Shown: in pieces, positions 24,304 through 35,303 of the stretch
Numbering within the stretch: position 1 is the stretch's first letter
How the letters are laid out: each line of letters starts with the position of its first letter
Notes under the pieces: model-generated
What the model saw: only the letters and a program-made list of their open reading frames with translations
Databases searched by the model: none
Told to the model about the DNA's origin: nothing
NCBI GenBank assembly: GCA_010356995.1
Contig: ML996700.1
Span: 496,001 to 560,000 of the forward strand
Direction: 5' to 3'
DNA from: Trichodelitschia bisporula
Lineage: Eukaryota
DNA: 64,000 bases
Translations under genes and position numbers: made by a program

Positions 24304-27300
24304 ATGAGCAACCCACAGTCTTCAGGTCCTAAACTGGAAGACTCCATTCGAAGGATGCTACTGAACTCGCCAAATCCAACGAATGTGCTTCAACCGAACC
24401 GGTCTTCGGCTGCTCACCCGGCTACGGATACTCGTACTGGGTCTCACGCGCCTGTCAATCGCGACTCCCCGGCGCATATGAATATTCAACAGTACGACCA
24501 TAACGGTATGGATGACGCCTACGGTCGCGGTGCGGCCAGCACGCGTCAACGCAACAACAGCCAGTCTCAACAGCATCCGCAGAATCACCCTCTTCCTACT
24601 CGCCCTGTCAGCCGTGGTCGCGGCCAGCCGCGCAAGCATGTGAACCATCACGTTGCTCCAAATTCTCCATATGCTCCCCACGGACCTCGCATGCCTGCTC
24701 GCACCCAGCCTGCTCTACTGCAGGCAGAGCAGTTTTCTGCCCAATGCCAATACATGGACGATGCCGCGAGTCACGTTATCCCAACCATCATGCCCTCCAG
24801 AGAGGAACTCATGGCCAAGGATACCTTCCGTGTGCGACTTGAGGCTATCTGTCGCGAGGTCGTGCCCATAGCATTGCCTGAGCTTCCGCCATTTTCTCTC
24901 CAGGCGTATGGCAGTTTCGCTTCTGGATTCGCGGTTCGGGGGTCCGACCTCGACTTGACTGTAGTGTGGGATTACCCGCCGATTCCGGGCTTTGAGGAGG
25001 CAGTCGCGAGTGTTCCTCGCATTCTGGAGGCGGCGCTGTTGCAGGCTGGGCTTGGAGCTCGTGTGCTTGACAGAACTCGAGTGCCAATTATCAAGGTTTG
25101 CGAGCATCCTACTCCTGAGCTGTACCACAATCTGGTCATGGAGCGTCAAAAATGGGACACTATTGCCAAGGAGGAAGAAGGGGAAACTCTCCGCGAGCGT
25201 CTCGCGCCCCAGAGTGCAGCCTTCGGAACCCTCCAGCATCTGAAGGAAATGTCTGCCGTTGAACGCACCCTGCAGGACGACCTCCGGGGGTATCTGAATC
25301 GCTTCATGGACTCGGCTCGTGAAGCGATGAAGGACACCGATGAGGATCAGTATTTTGTGTGCAAACTCTTGCTCCAAGGTCTTCCGGAGTCACTTGCCAT
25401 CGAAGCTATGAAGGCGTGCGGAATCACCGAATTACGCGAGACATACTTGCTGGGGCCTTGCGCGAACTGGGTTCGCGAAACCGTAAAGCGCATGACTGAT
25501 CCGGCCCCCAAACCGTGGCTGCGCGAGAAGGCCATGGGGGATCTTGACTTCCCGAAGACAGGTGTTGGTATTCAATGCGACATCAACTTCACGAATTCTC
25601 TTGCAATTCATAACACACGCCTGCTGCGCTGTTACTCGCTCTGTGATGTGCGCGTTCGTCCGATGGTACTGTTCGTCAAGGAGTGGGCCCGTCGCCGGAA
25701 GATCAATAGCGCGTACAGCGGGACGTTGTCATCATACGGATATGTGCTCATGGTACTTCACTACCTCATTCATGTAGCGAAGCCGCCTGTGCTTCCGAAT
25801 CTACTGCACATGTCCGGGGGAGCGGTTGTTACAGAGCAAGGATATAAGTTCTCCTTCTACGACGATGAGGATGCTATTCGGCGCGCTGCGGCTGCAGGAA
25901 ACATCACGACGAACACGATGCCTCTTGGGGTATTACTTCGCAACTTCTTCCATTATTATGGAGAGCTCTCTGCAATGGGAGCTGAGGACAGGGGGTTCAA
26001 TTGGACACGCTGGGTTTTGTCGCTGCGCTCGCCACATGGGCTTCTCTGGAAGGAAGAGAAGGGGTGGACAGCTGCTAAAAATGCAGTCATGACGGATGTA
26101 AGTTCTCCGATGCTCTTACTTTCATTTCTAACAGCTGCACAGAAAGTTGTGCGCCAGCGCTACTTGTTGGCCATTGAGGATCCGTTCGAGACTGACCATA
26201 ACGTTGCGCGTACAGTTACCCACAACGGTATCGTTGCGATTCGCGACGAGTTCCGCCGTGCGCTGAGCATCATGGCCGATCTCGCGAACAAGGAAGCTGT
26301 GATTCCTGACCTGTTCGAACCACTCAATCCACCTGAGTCAAGCCCGACCACTGCCGTGGACGCGAAGGGCTCAGAGACCAACGGCAACAGCCAGCCGGCC
26401 TCCCCGGCCTTGAGCAACGTATCGGTCTCGCGTGGTATAGATCATGTTGAGTCGCCTCTTCGGAAGGTCACGCCAACTGGTGATGGTTCGAGTCATTTGA
26501 CGACGACGGATGCCTCAGACGCCCCGCACCCGGATGCACAAATGGCCGATGTGGTCCTGCGGCCCTCTTGGGTAAAGGGGGGGTTCTCTTGGATAGCGGA
26601 GAATAAGACATCGGCTGCTGGAGCTGTGACTCAGAAGCAGACATTGATTGGTGAAGCAACGCCTCGTCAGCCGGTACCAGAGGCACAAGAGGCTATGAAG
26701 ACCGCCGAGGCGTCGAAGTATCAACCTATCCCAGCCGGTGTGGCTCACTCTGTGTTGGAACCCTCGACTGCCAAGAAAATGCAAGAAATCGCTCCGGCAG
26801 GGCTTCTTCCAGGGCTTGGTGCTCATCTTACGCCTGCTCGATCGGACCCTTCAAAGGAAGTTCCCAGTTTCGCTTCAGCCTTTGCTTCAGCCATCGCTCA
26901 GGGTCAAGCCGGTAAGCCTACGGATCGACTGGCTGCTTCTGTGCCGAAGCCCGAACAAACCATGGAATCCGATCTCCAGCGTAGTGTGCCAGATGCCCCG
27001 GCCATGCCTATGCAGCCGAAGAAGCAACAGCCCTACCAGCCTCCTTGGAAGCGCAGTGGGGACAAGCCAGCACCTCAGGTGGCTGAGCCTAGGCAACCGA
27101 CATGGGATGAAATCAAAGCGGCTCTAGCCGACCCTGTCGAGACATCCACGACTGTTCCCAACACTTTGCGAGGAAGGGCCACGGCAGCAGCACCCGCCAA
27201 ATCTGGCAAGCCCACGGCGAGCGGGCAAGCGCAGACCACGCCTGTGCACTGGCCAAAATCTTCTGAAAGCCAAGACTCTCGCGCTGGTGTATATAAAAGC

Positions 27301-28179
27301 ACTGAAGGCGTTCCATTCTCTGATTCCCACACTCAACACACATCCACAGGTGGCGATCGCAAATCTTCTGCTGCGTCAACAACTCCACATACCGATCCCG
27401 CTGGGCACGCCCCAACGAGGCACTCACCAAAGCCGTGCCTTGTCAAGTCATCCCTCACTCAAGTGACACACACCTCCGCTCCGCAGCCACCCACCACTGC
27501 AGCATTCCGGGCTCCATACCACCTTACTCCCCACCACAATTCTGCCAACATGGCTACTCCGAAAATCATCGACGATCTCGAAGCCTTCTTCCCCATGGGG
27601 CCTGCGGAAGAGACTCCAGGCAACCCTGAAGCAGCGGAGAAGCAGAACTTTATCAAGCCTGAACCGACCAAGGATGATTCTACCGAAATTGAGCCATCGA
27701 CGGACGGTCTCAAAGATCACACGGTCCCCTTCATCTCGCTCGCCTTGAGCAACCCGCGCGCCTTCCGCCAGCCGGCACAAATCCAGAAGCTCCTGAACGA
27801 CGACCTGCGCATCGAACGCGAGGCCAAGCTTCAGCGTGGCCTGAAGAACCTCAAGGAGATGGGGTTCGACGTGACGCGCGAGCAGCTGGAAAAGGTCCTG
27901 AATGACGCTGAGGGGGAGATCGTCGACCCCGTCCCTGCTCCCAAGAATCGTGAGCGTCGTGGTTATCATGGCTGGCGCGGTCGTGGCGGCCGTGGCCGTG
28001 GCGCTCATGACGCTCGTGGTGGCCATCAGCAGGGCGAGTCTCGCGACGGTGGCTATCAAACTCGCGGTACTGAGGGCGGCAAGCCTCGCGGTGGTGGCCC
28101 TCCTCGAGGTCCTCGTGGCGGCGGCTTTGATCGTTGCACTGGTTCCGGCCCTGTCGCTGGTTCCGGTCCTGCCGCCTAG
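24304..28179 (+). CDS. Cid1/Cid13-family terminal nucleotidyltransferase (likely TUTase, CutA/CutB-like) with long C-terminal extension; in-frame intron 26098-26142
   Basis: Pol-beta NTase motif YGSFASGFAVRGSDLDL, third Asp in QCDINF, GTLSSYGYVLMVLHYL, and PAP-associated loop IEDPFETDHNVARTV carrying the UTP-selecting His. Confidence 0.9.
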   Translation: MSNPQSSGPKLEDSIRRMLLNSPNPTNVLQPNRSSAAHPATDTRTGSHAPVNRDSPAHMNIQQYDHNGMDDAYGRGAASTRQRNNSQSQQHPQNHPLPTRPVSRGRGQPRKHVNHHVAPNSPYAPHGPRMPARTQPALLQAEQFSAQCQYMDDAASHVIPTIMPSREELMAKDTFRVRLEAICREVVPIALPELPPFSLQAYGSFASGFAVRGSDLDLTVVWDYPPIPGFEEAVASVPRILEAALLQAGLGARVLDRTRVPIIKVCEHPTPELYHNLVMERQKWDTIAKEEEGETLRERLAPQSAAFGTLQHLKEMSAVERTLQDDLRGYLNRFMDSAREAMKDTDEDQYFVCKLLLQGLPESLAIEAMKACGITELRETYLLGPCANWVRETVKRMTDPAPKPWLREKAMGDLDFPKTGVGIQCDINFTNSLAIHNTRLLRCYSLCDVRVRPMVLFVKEWARRRKINSAYSGTLSSYGYVLMVLHYLIHVAKPPVLPNLLHMSGGAVVTEQGYKFSFYDDEDAIRRAAAAGNITTNTMPLGVLLRNFFHYYGELSAMGAEDRGFNWTRWVLSLRSPHGLLWKEEKGWTAAKNAVMTDVSSPMLLLSFLTAAQKVVRQRYLLAIEDPFETDHNVARTVTHNGIVAIRDEFRRALSIMADLANKEAVIPDLFEPLNPPESSPTTAVDAKGSETNGNSQPASPALSNVSVSRGIDHVESPLRKVTPTGDGSSHLTTTDASDAPHPDAQMADVVLRPSWVKGGFSWIAENKTSAAGAVTQKQTLIGEATPRQPVPEAQEAMKTAEASKYQPIPAGVAHSVLEPSTAKKMQEIAPAGLLPGLGAHLTPARSDPSKEVPSFASAFASAIAQGQAGKPTDRLAASVPKPEQTMESDLQRSVPDAPAMPMQPKKQQPYQPPWKRSGDKPAPQVAEPRQPTWDEIKAALADPVETSTTVPNTLRGRATAAAPAKSGKPTASGQAQTTPVHWPKSSESQDSRAGVYKSTEGVPFSDSHTQHTSTGGDRKSSAASTTPHTDPAGHAPTRHSPKPCLVKSSLTQVTHTSAPQPPTTAAFRAPYHLTPHHNSANMATPKIIDDLEAFFPMGPAEETPGNPEAAEKQNFIKPEPTKDDSTEIEPSTDGLKDHTVPFISLALSNPRAFRQPAQIQKLLNDDLRIEREAKLQRGLKNLKEMGFDVTREQLEKVLNDAEGEIVDPVPAPKNRERRGYHGWRGRGGRGRGAHDARGGHQQGESRDGGYQTRGTEGGKPRGGGPPRGPRGGGFDRCTGSGPVAGSGPAA

Positions 28180-28569
28180 CTTCCTTGCTACTGAAGGCTG
28201 TTCGAGCTTCGGGCTGCTGGTGGGACTGCGCTGTTTCGGTTGCGTCTTTGCTGGTGGCTCAAATGTTACATTTGCCTTTCAGAGTCCAGGCGTTAGGGGT
28301 CTTGTTGTATTGCATGGGCACGGTTTGAATGGGCTGGGCGGGTTATGCATGGATGACTGCATGATACCTGGATTTACGGATGGCTTAGATCGGCATATCA
28401 AGGTTGAATGACAGGATGGCAGCATAGATGGAAGGCCATGGCACATGGCGTTCGAATTGAATCTCTCTTCCAAAAAAAACCTCTAATGCTAAAGCTTCGC
28501 GGTGATCGGATTGCTGTTATACTGGTTAGCCCGAACAAAATGCTAAGCTCTACACCCCGCTCTGGCGAC

Positions 28570-29063
28570 TTACACATACGCCACACACTCAATCTCCACA
28601 TCGGTCCCCATAGGCAGCTCCTTAACAGCGACGCAGGTGCGCGCAGGAAAAGGAGTAGGCATCACACTCTTGTACGCCTCGTTCATGGCGGCGAAGTTGG
28701 CCATGGTGGTTAGGTAAATGTTGACTTTGATGATTTTTTCAAGGCTGCTCCCACCTGCCTCCAGGATGGCAGAGAGGTTCTTGATGGCTTGGATGGTGCG
28801 CGCGCCAATGGAGGAGGTCACTAAGGCATTGGTGGAGGGGTCGAGGCCGATGTTGCCGGAGCAGTAGATTAGGTTGTTGTGCACGATCTGGAAGGGGGTG
28901 TTAGGCATTTGTCCTCTGATACACGAGGGAGAGGTGTCGGTTCTGTTCACTCGGTTCAAATGGGGGAAGAGAGGCTTACTGCCTGGCTGAAGGGGAATTT
29001 GGTTTGGTCTAAGACCGGGGCATTGCGTGTTGATATTACGGTTTTGGAGGAGGGAGGGGCCAT
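28570..29063 (-). CDS. RidA/YjgF/Mmf1-family enamine deaminase, 133 aa (exons 28980-29063, 28570-28887)
   Basis: Spliced sequence MAPPSSKTVISTRNAPVLDQTKFPFSQAIVHNNLIYCSGNIG...MNEAY...PARTCVAVKELPMGTDVEIEC; 92-nt GTAAGC...CTAAC...CAG intron. Confidence 0.92.
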
Positions 29064-29458
29064 TGCTTTTTTGTTTCGTGACTTCAGTACACACAGAACT
29101 CGAAATGCAATTCATATAAAGGAGATGGAGTGACAATGGCGGTGATGTCGTTATCTGTCGTGAAGTAGATACAGAGCGGTCAGCTTATGGTGTCGTGATT
29201 TTGCTTTTGCGGTGGCTGCGGGACCCCGCACTGCAGGGTCGCCAGGACAAGCTTCCATAAGCCTTCCCCAAGTCGTGGCGTTGACTTCAGTTGCTCTAAT
29301 GCCGCTTTTTTAACTTTATATCTATGTCATCGCTAAATGCGACATTGCTCTCTCCACCGGTCGCACCTCCGAACCGCACCCTCCTTCTCCACTGCAATGT
29401 CCTTACCCGCACTTCGAGCCTTCTACACAGGAAGGCACAGTCCTCAACCCGGGCAACC

Positions 29459-29630
29459 TGATATAGCGACAGGGAAGAAGTATCTATATATTCGGAAGGG
29501 GCATCTTAACCAGGAAGTGACCGGTGAGATAATGGAAGGAACCCGGGAGGACATGCACCACGAGTACTACGCATATCCGGTCATCAACAGCGCCACTACC
29601 CCGCTCTCCCTTCCATTCTTCATCTTTCAC
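29459..29630 (+). repeat. Dispersed AGGAGCA double-box element, copy G (divergent)
   Basis: TGATAT (29459), AGAAGTA (29476), AGGGGCAT (29497; +21), purine-rich GGAAGGA..GGGAGGA, CACCAC (29556; +59), CT tract ~29598-29630. Confidence 0.55.
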
Positions 29631-31651
29631 CAATGCTATCAATCCGCACCCATCGCCTTCGCACGTGTTCGAGTCCACGCTCGCCTCACACCGCCCGTCA
29701 TGTGCTTCCCCATACTCCCGGATCCGATCCGGTCAACACTCACGCGTTCCACCCGCCGCTGACGTGCCACACCCGCGGCCCACGCGCCCGGCGCAAGATG
29801 CCGATGCCGACGCGCTGTGAATCAACGTAACAAGCAGCGGGACGTACATCGCGCGCAGATGCGCAAGGGGAAGCCCGACACCACGCCCAAAAATACCCGC
29901 AAATCGCAATCCCAAGCTCATATGCTGCCGTCTTGGCCTTGGGCGACAACTTCCCCATCTGTACCCGAAAAACGGATGCCCATATTACGCCCCCCCCCCG
30001 CCCCCCCCTCACATTCACACTCCCTCGAGGCTTCGTCGAATCTTGCAAGCGAAACCGCCTCGGGAGGGAGGGAGCGGACTCGCCGCGCGGCGAACACCTG
30101 GTCGAGCGCGGATCGGCAGGCTAGCGCCCTGGCGGGGAAGGCGGGGGAGGCGCATCGGGAGCGTGGGCGGCGGCGCGTGCTGCTTCGGGAAGGTGCCGTA
30201 ACGCGGCGGCGCACGTGCGCGGGTGCAGGGCACCCGGGGGAGGGCACCGGGGGGAGGGGGGATGGGGAGTGAGGCCCGAGGGTACGTTCGGAAGGGGGAA
30301 CGGGGAAAGGACGTTTGCCGTACTCGCCATGTGTATTCCGCTTGAGCGGACGTGCCGAACTGTACGGGCACGGTCCTCGTGGATATCTAGGTGGGGTTGT
30401 TTCTTTGGTGGGGTTACTTGCCTCCGGCCAATGCGTGGTGGGGGGCGGGCCAAGCCGCGGAGATTATTGGGGTGGGGTCTGGGGTCTGGCTTTTTGTTTT
30501 GCGGGCAGCTGAGTGCAATGTGGAGAATTTGGGGAAGATTTTTCTGGGGGGCTTGATTCCGTTACGGGGTGGTTTTCCTTGCTTCGTCTATGGTGTGGGC
30601 TGGTTGGGCGGGGAGTGCTTCGTGCTTCTTTCCCGGCTTCCATGGCCGGGGGGGGATATGCACGCGTCTGCCGTGCCCGGGCAGGGAGTATTGAGACTGG
30701 TCTGGTCGCTCGCATGGAACTACGGTAGTATACCCTAGGGGCATAGAGCCCGTTTGTCTATTGATATTGCAGCGCCGGGGGGGTGCGTTGCAGCCCGGCC
30801 CTAGTCTGCATATGCAAGCTAGCGGGCCCGATCGAATGAGATGCCCGAGCCGCTAGCTTGCAAGATTTCATTCAACGGCGCACTTGCTCCCATCCTTGCC
30901 GCTCAGGGAGCTGTCCTTCGGGAACTGCTTTGAGCAGGAATGGGCGCGTGGAACACGGGACGAGTTGTACGAGCGCGGTCAGCCTTAGACGTGGATGAAT
31001 GGGGCTGCGTGTTGTGCCCGTTGCCCGGTTGTTACACTGCATCGTGGATGAGGGAAGGTCGATGTCACCTCCTCCCTCGACTCCCTGCGCACACCCCCTC
31101 CAGCCCCTCATTCCACACTGCCTCCCTCATAGCCCTGTTGTCCAACTCGGGTCCAATTGTACGGCATTTTTTGCAGCGCGGGGCAATGGATGTATATGGC
31201 TGGTGTTTCTTGTCGTGCGAGTACCATGTTGGGTGGATGGCGGACGACTCTACGTACTACCTCTTGGTTGCTTGGTCGTCGTACGTGTAAGGTGGTTGTA
31301 TCCTAGCCTCGCAGCTGGTCTCGGATTTGGTTTCTCTTCTTGGGTTGGTTTGGTTTGGGGCGAGAGGCGAGGAGAATGAGGGTGCGCTTGATGGAGTTGT
31401 GATGAGACGTGGGCGTAGGAAATTCGGAGGAGCCGAAAGGGTTCAACTTACCTGCTTGGCATGGAACTGGTCTCGCCAAGGGTGAAGAATTGGATGATCA
31501 AATGGTGTGGGGAGTGTGGAGAGTGTGGAGAGACGGGTCTACCAAGAAGAAGAGAAGCAGCGGCTTCCTTCGGTGGACAACCTGCCCTCTTCAACCTCCA
31601 CCGTCTTTAATCTGGCGCACGTGCCCTGTGCGTTCCCTCTTCCTCTACCAT

Positions 31652-31678
31652 CCCCCCCCCCCCCCCCCCCCCCCCCCC
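31652..31678 (+). repeat. Poly(C)27 tract in the sugar-transporter upstream region
   Basis: 27 consecutive C residues. Confidence 0.95.
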
Positions 31679-31921
31679 TCCACCACTCCCTCGACCTTCT
31701 TTTTAAGAGATTAATCGTCTGGCATCTCCCCTCCACAAACAATTCCACCCCCTCCCCCCTGTGGTCAAAATTCCCTTTGATCGCGGCCCCCGTTCCTCCG
31801 GTATACAACCCCAATCACCTTATGTGCTCACTTTCCGTCGCCCTCGGTCGCTAACCTCACAACCTCAACCACAGTTCAACCACAGCAGACGCGCCCGGCG
31901 AAGCGTGCCAGCAAACTCAAG

Positions 31922-33762
31922 ATGTTCCAAATCAGCAACGTTTACGTGATCTGCGCCTTTGCCGCCATTGGTGAGTTGTCGCCCGCGCATATCCCTCTGC
32001 GTATCGCATCGCCGTTCTCTACTAACACGGTCCAGGCGGTGGGCTGTTCGGCTTCGACATCTCGTCGATGAGCGGCGTCCTCGGTACCAATGGGTACAAG
32101 AACTATTTCCACAACCCGGTGTCGTCGGCCCAGGGCGGTATCACGGCGTCCATGCCAGCGGGCTCGTTGGTCGGGGCGCTGGCATCGTCCTTCATCGCCG
32201 ATCGCTTCTCGCGCCGCACGGCCATCCAGGTTGCCGCGCTCATCTTCATGCTCGGCGCTGCGTAAGTTTTCCCTGTTGCGCACCGTGCGCGCGCTAATGG
32301 GTCGCAGTCTTCAAGCATCTGCGCAGAACAGGGCCCACCTGTGTATCGGTCGTGTCGTCGCCGGTGTCGCTGTCGGCATCGCGTCGGCCATCGTCCCCGT
32401 CTACCAGTCTGAGATTGCGCCGAAGGAGATCCGCGGTCGCGTCGTCTCGTTGCAGCAGTGGGCCATCACTTGGGGCATTCTGATCCAGTTCTACATCCAG
32501 TATGGCGCCTCCAACGTCGACGGTGGCCCGAAGGCGCCGAATCAGGGGTGAGTTTGTGCTGTCCCTGTAGGAGGGTTCTGCTGACTTGTCTAGTCAATCG
32601 TCGTTCCGCATTCCATGGGGCATCCAGATGGTTCCTGCCTTCATCCTGTTCTGCGGCATGTTCTTCCTTCCCAAGTCGCCGCGCTGGTTGGCCGGCAAGG
32701 ATCGCTGGGAGGAGGCGTAAGTCTTTTGTCGTTTGTCTTGTGGGCATCGCTAACTGTCGCAGTCTGAGGGTCTTGGCCAACCTTCACGGCAAGGGCGACG
32801 TGAACAACCCCAAGGTGCTCGCCGAGTACAAGGAAATCCAGGACGCGATCAACTTCGAGCGCACCCAGGCCGCTAGCTCGTTTAAGGCGCTGACGGAGCC
32901 TCGTATCCTCAAGCGTGTTCTCCTGGGCATGAGCATCCAGATGTGGAGCCAGCTGTGTGGCATGAACATCATGATGTACTACATCGTGTACATCATGGAG
33001 GCCGCCAACATCGGCAATCCCCTCCTGACCGCTAGCATCCAGTACATCATCAACGTCGCCCTGACGCTCCCGGCCATCCTGTATCTCGACAAGTGGGGCC
33101 GTCGTCCGTCGATGCTGCTGGGTTCTTTTGGCATGATGACTTGGCTGTTCATCTCGGGCTCGCTCCAGGGCGCCTACGGTCATCCCAACCCAAGAACTGA
33201 CCCCAATCTCAACGACATTAGCTGGGTGCTCGACTCGAGCCACAAGAAGGTCGGGCAGGCAGTCGTCGCCTGCAGCTACCTGTTCGTGGCGACATTCGCG
33301 ACCACCTGGGGCCCGTCCTCCTGGTAAGCTTCACACCATGACGCCCTGTGCAAATCACGCTAACTAACCGCCAGGACGTACCCGGCGGAGATCTTCCCTG
33401 CGAAGGTGCGCGCCAAGGCCGTCTCGCTGTCGACCGCATCCAACTGGGCGTGGAACACAGCGCTGGCCTTTGCCGTGCCGCCACTCCTGTGGAGCATCAA
33501 CTGGAAGATGTACATGATCTTCGCGACGTTCAATGCCCTTGCGCTGATCCACGTGTTCCTCGCCGCGCCTGAGACCAAGGGCAAGACGCTGGAGGAAATG
33601 GACGAGGTGTTTGACACTGGCATCCCGGCGTGGAAGACGCGGCCTTCGGGTAGCCGGCTGGATAAGTTGCGGGCGGATATTGAGAAGGGGGATCTTGCTG
33701 TTGCGGTGCCGGGGGTTAATCGGCATAGTGTTGAGGGCGAGTCGGTGCATGTTAAGTCGTAG
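31922..33762 (+). CDS. Sugar porter family (MFS) high-affinity hexose transporter, HGT1-like; 5 introns (first 31971-32035)
   Basis: MFQISNVYVICAFAAIG/GGLFGFDISSMS, ADRFSRR, VPVYQSEIAPKEIRGR, PKSPRWL, QLCGMNIMMYY, DKWGRRP and PETKGKTLEEMD motifs; canonical GT...CTAAC/CTGAC...AG introns. Confidence 0.93.
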
Positions 33763-34849
33763 GCTGTTACGTGCTAGGGGTTGATACGGGGTTTGAAAGG
33801 GATGATGTCGAGCTGCTTGGCTTCTACCATGTAGGTTGGGCGTCGTTCGTTTTGAGACCGGCTCAACTCTCCTGCGGAGTTCGGTTTCTGCTCGTGTTTT
33901 CGATATCCATCGGACGAGGCTTGAGGCGAGCTTTTATGTGCGGAAGCTGAGCGATAGATAATGGTGGTAATGTCTCTAACTTGTGTATGGGCGTGCGTGA
34001 GGTTGTGCTGGAGGCGTTCCTGGCAAGGCGTTCCTGTCCCATGCGTGACTACGGTGGATGTTATGACGGGGCTGTGACTCTTGAAGCAGGAGTGCTATGG
34101 GTCAGGGCTGAATGAGGATATACCCGTGACCTTTTCGTAGAAGCCGGAGGTGCGCATCCCGAGTCCAGAGCGGTGATGTCGACGTGGCACGCGTCCCAAA
34201 GCGATCCCCTTCATCCCCAAACACACAGCGTGCTTCGCCATTCCCCCCTTCCTCATTCAGTCCACATAACCCGTGGCCAGGAAGAGAAAGTGCGGGCGCT
34301 TATCCGCGCGCTTCCGCTCCTCGCTTCGCTTCTGAGGGGGCACGACATGTTGCCATTTGTCCTTCCGCTTGTCTGGCCTGTTTGCTGGGTGGGCGAGAGC
34401 GGCTGTGCGGGTTAGGTTGGATGTGCGTTGGGAGGGGCCTGATCTAGTTCTAGATGGGATGGATTAAGGAGGGGAGGGGAGTCGAGCGTGGCGGTGCAGG
34501 GGGGCGGGGGGCGTGGTGCAGGGGGCTAGGGCGGGATGGGGCGGTGCTGGGGACCGGGTGCCGGGTAGTTGGGTGACGACGGGTTAGGGTGAGGAGGGGG
34601 TTGCTGCGCTGGTTTCGCTGGAGGGGGATGATATCGGGACTGGATACCTCCGTACAAGACTTCTATGGGCTTATTTTTCTACGATTTACTGTTATGGGCT
34701 CAGGAGCATTCATATTTGACGACGCGTAGTCTGGGGCGACAGCGTTTCACACTTCTAGTTCTACTACCTCCGTACTCCGTACTCATTCCAGCGCAACCGG
34801 CCGGACGCATAAAGGGAAGATGAGCTTGACATGTGCAATGGTTCCGGTA

Positions 34850-35010
34850 TAAAGTAAAGAGTGATAAAAGAACATAGAGAGGAAAGAGAGTAGAAAATAC
34901 GCTCTGTAACAGGTACATGATGTGGCGATATCCTCCTCAGCCCCTTCCCATACATCGCGAAGCACATTAACCTCGTTCCTTCCCAAGAGTGATATTGCTC
35001 CTTCAAATGG
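34850..35010 (-). repeat. Dispersed AGGAGCA double-box element, copy F
   Basis: Minus strand GAAGGAGCAATATCACTCTTGGGAAGGAACGAGGTTAATGTG closely resembles copy B (AAAGGAGCATATCACTCTTAGGGAGGAACATGATGTAATGTG). Boxes at 35002 and 34980, CATCAT at 34922, then a CT tract. Confidence 0.8.
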
Positions 35011-35303
35011 TAATTATGCTGCCTTGGAGGCAGTCATCACTTGCCTTAATGTCTTGATACCTGGTCGCATTTTGGTATGTGTTCACCATCACATCGCCCT
35101 GAACCGCACGAAAGGTGCAATCAATTATTCGTCCGACTGCAATAAATCGAGTAGCTCAAATCACATTAAAATCCGGTCTCACATCAATCATCAAAAGCGC
35201 GCAAAGGGTATACCCGTCCCCGCCTCATAAGCACCCGTCCCAAACGCCATCCCCCCCCACCTCCACCAACCCTCCGACCCACCCAACGCCCTCACCCCCC
35301 AGC

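Noticed and set aside
34581..34590. TTAGGG telomeric hexamers (here and at ~51704)
   Set aside because: Isolated single units, expected by chance in G/C-run-rich sequence.
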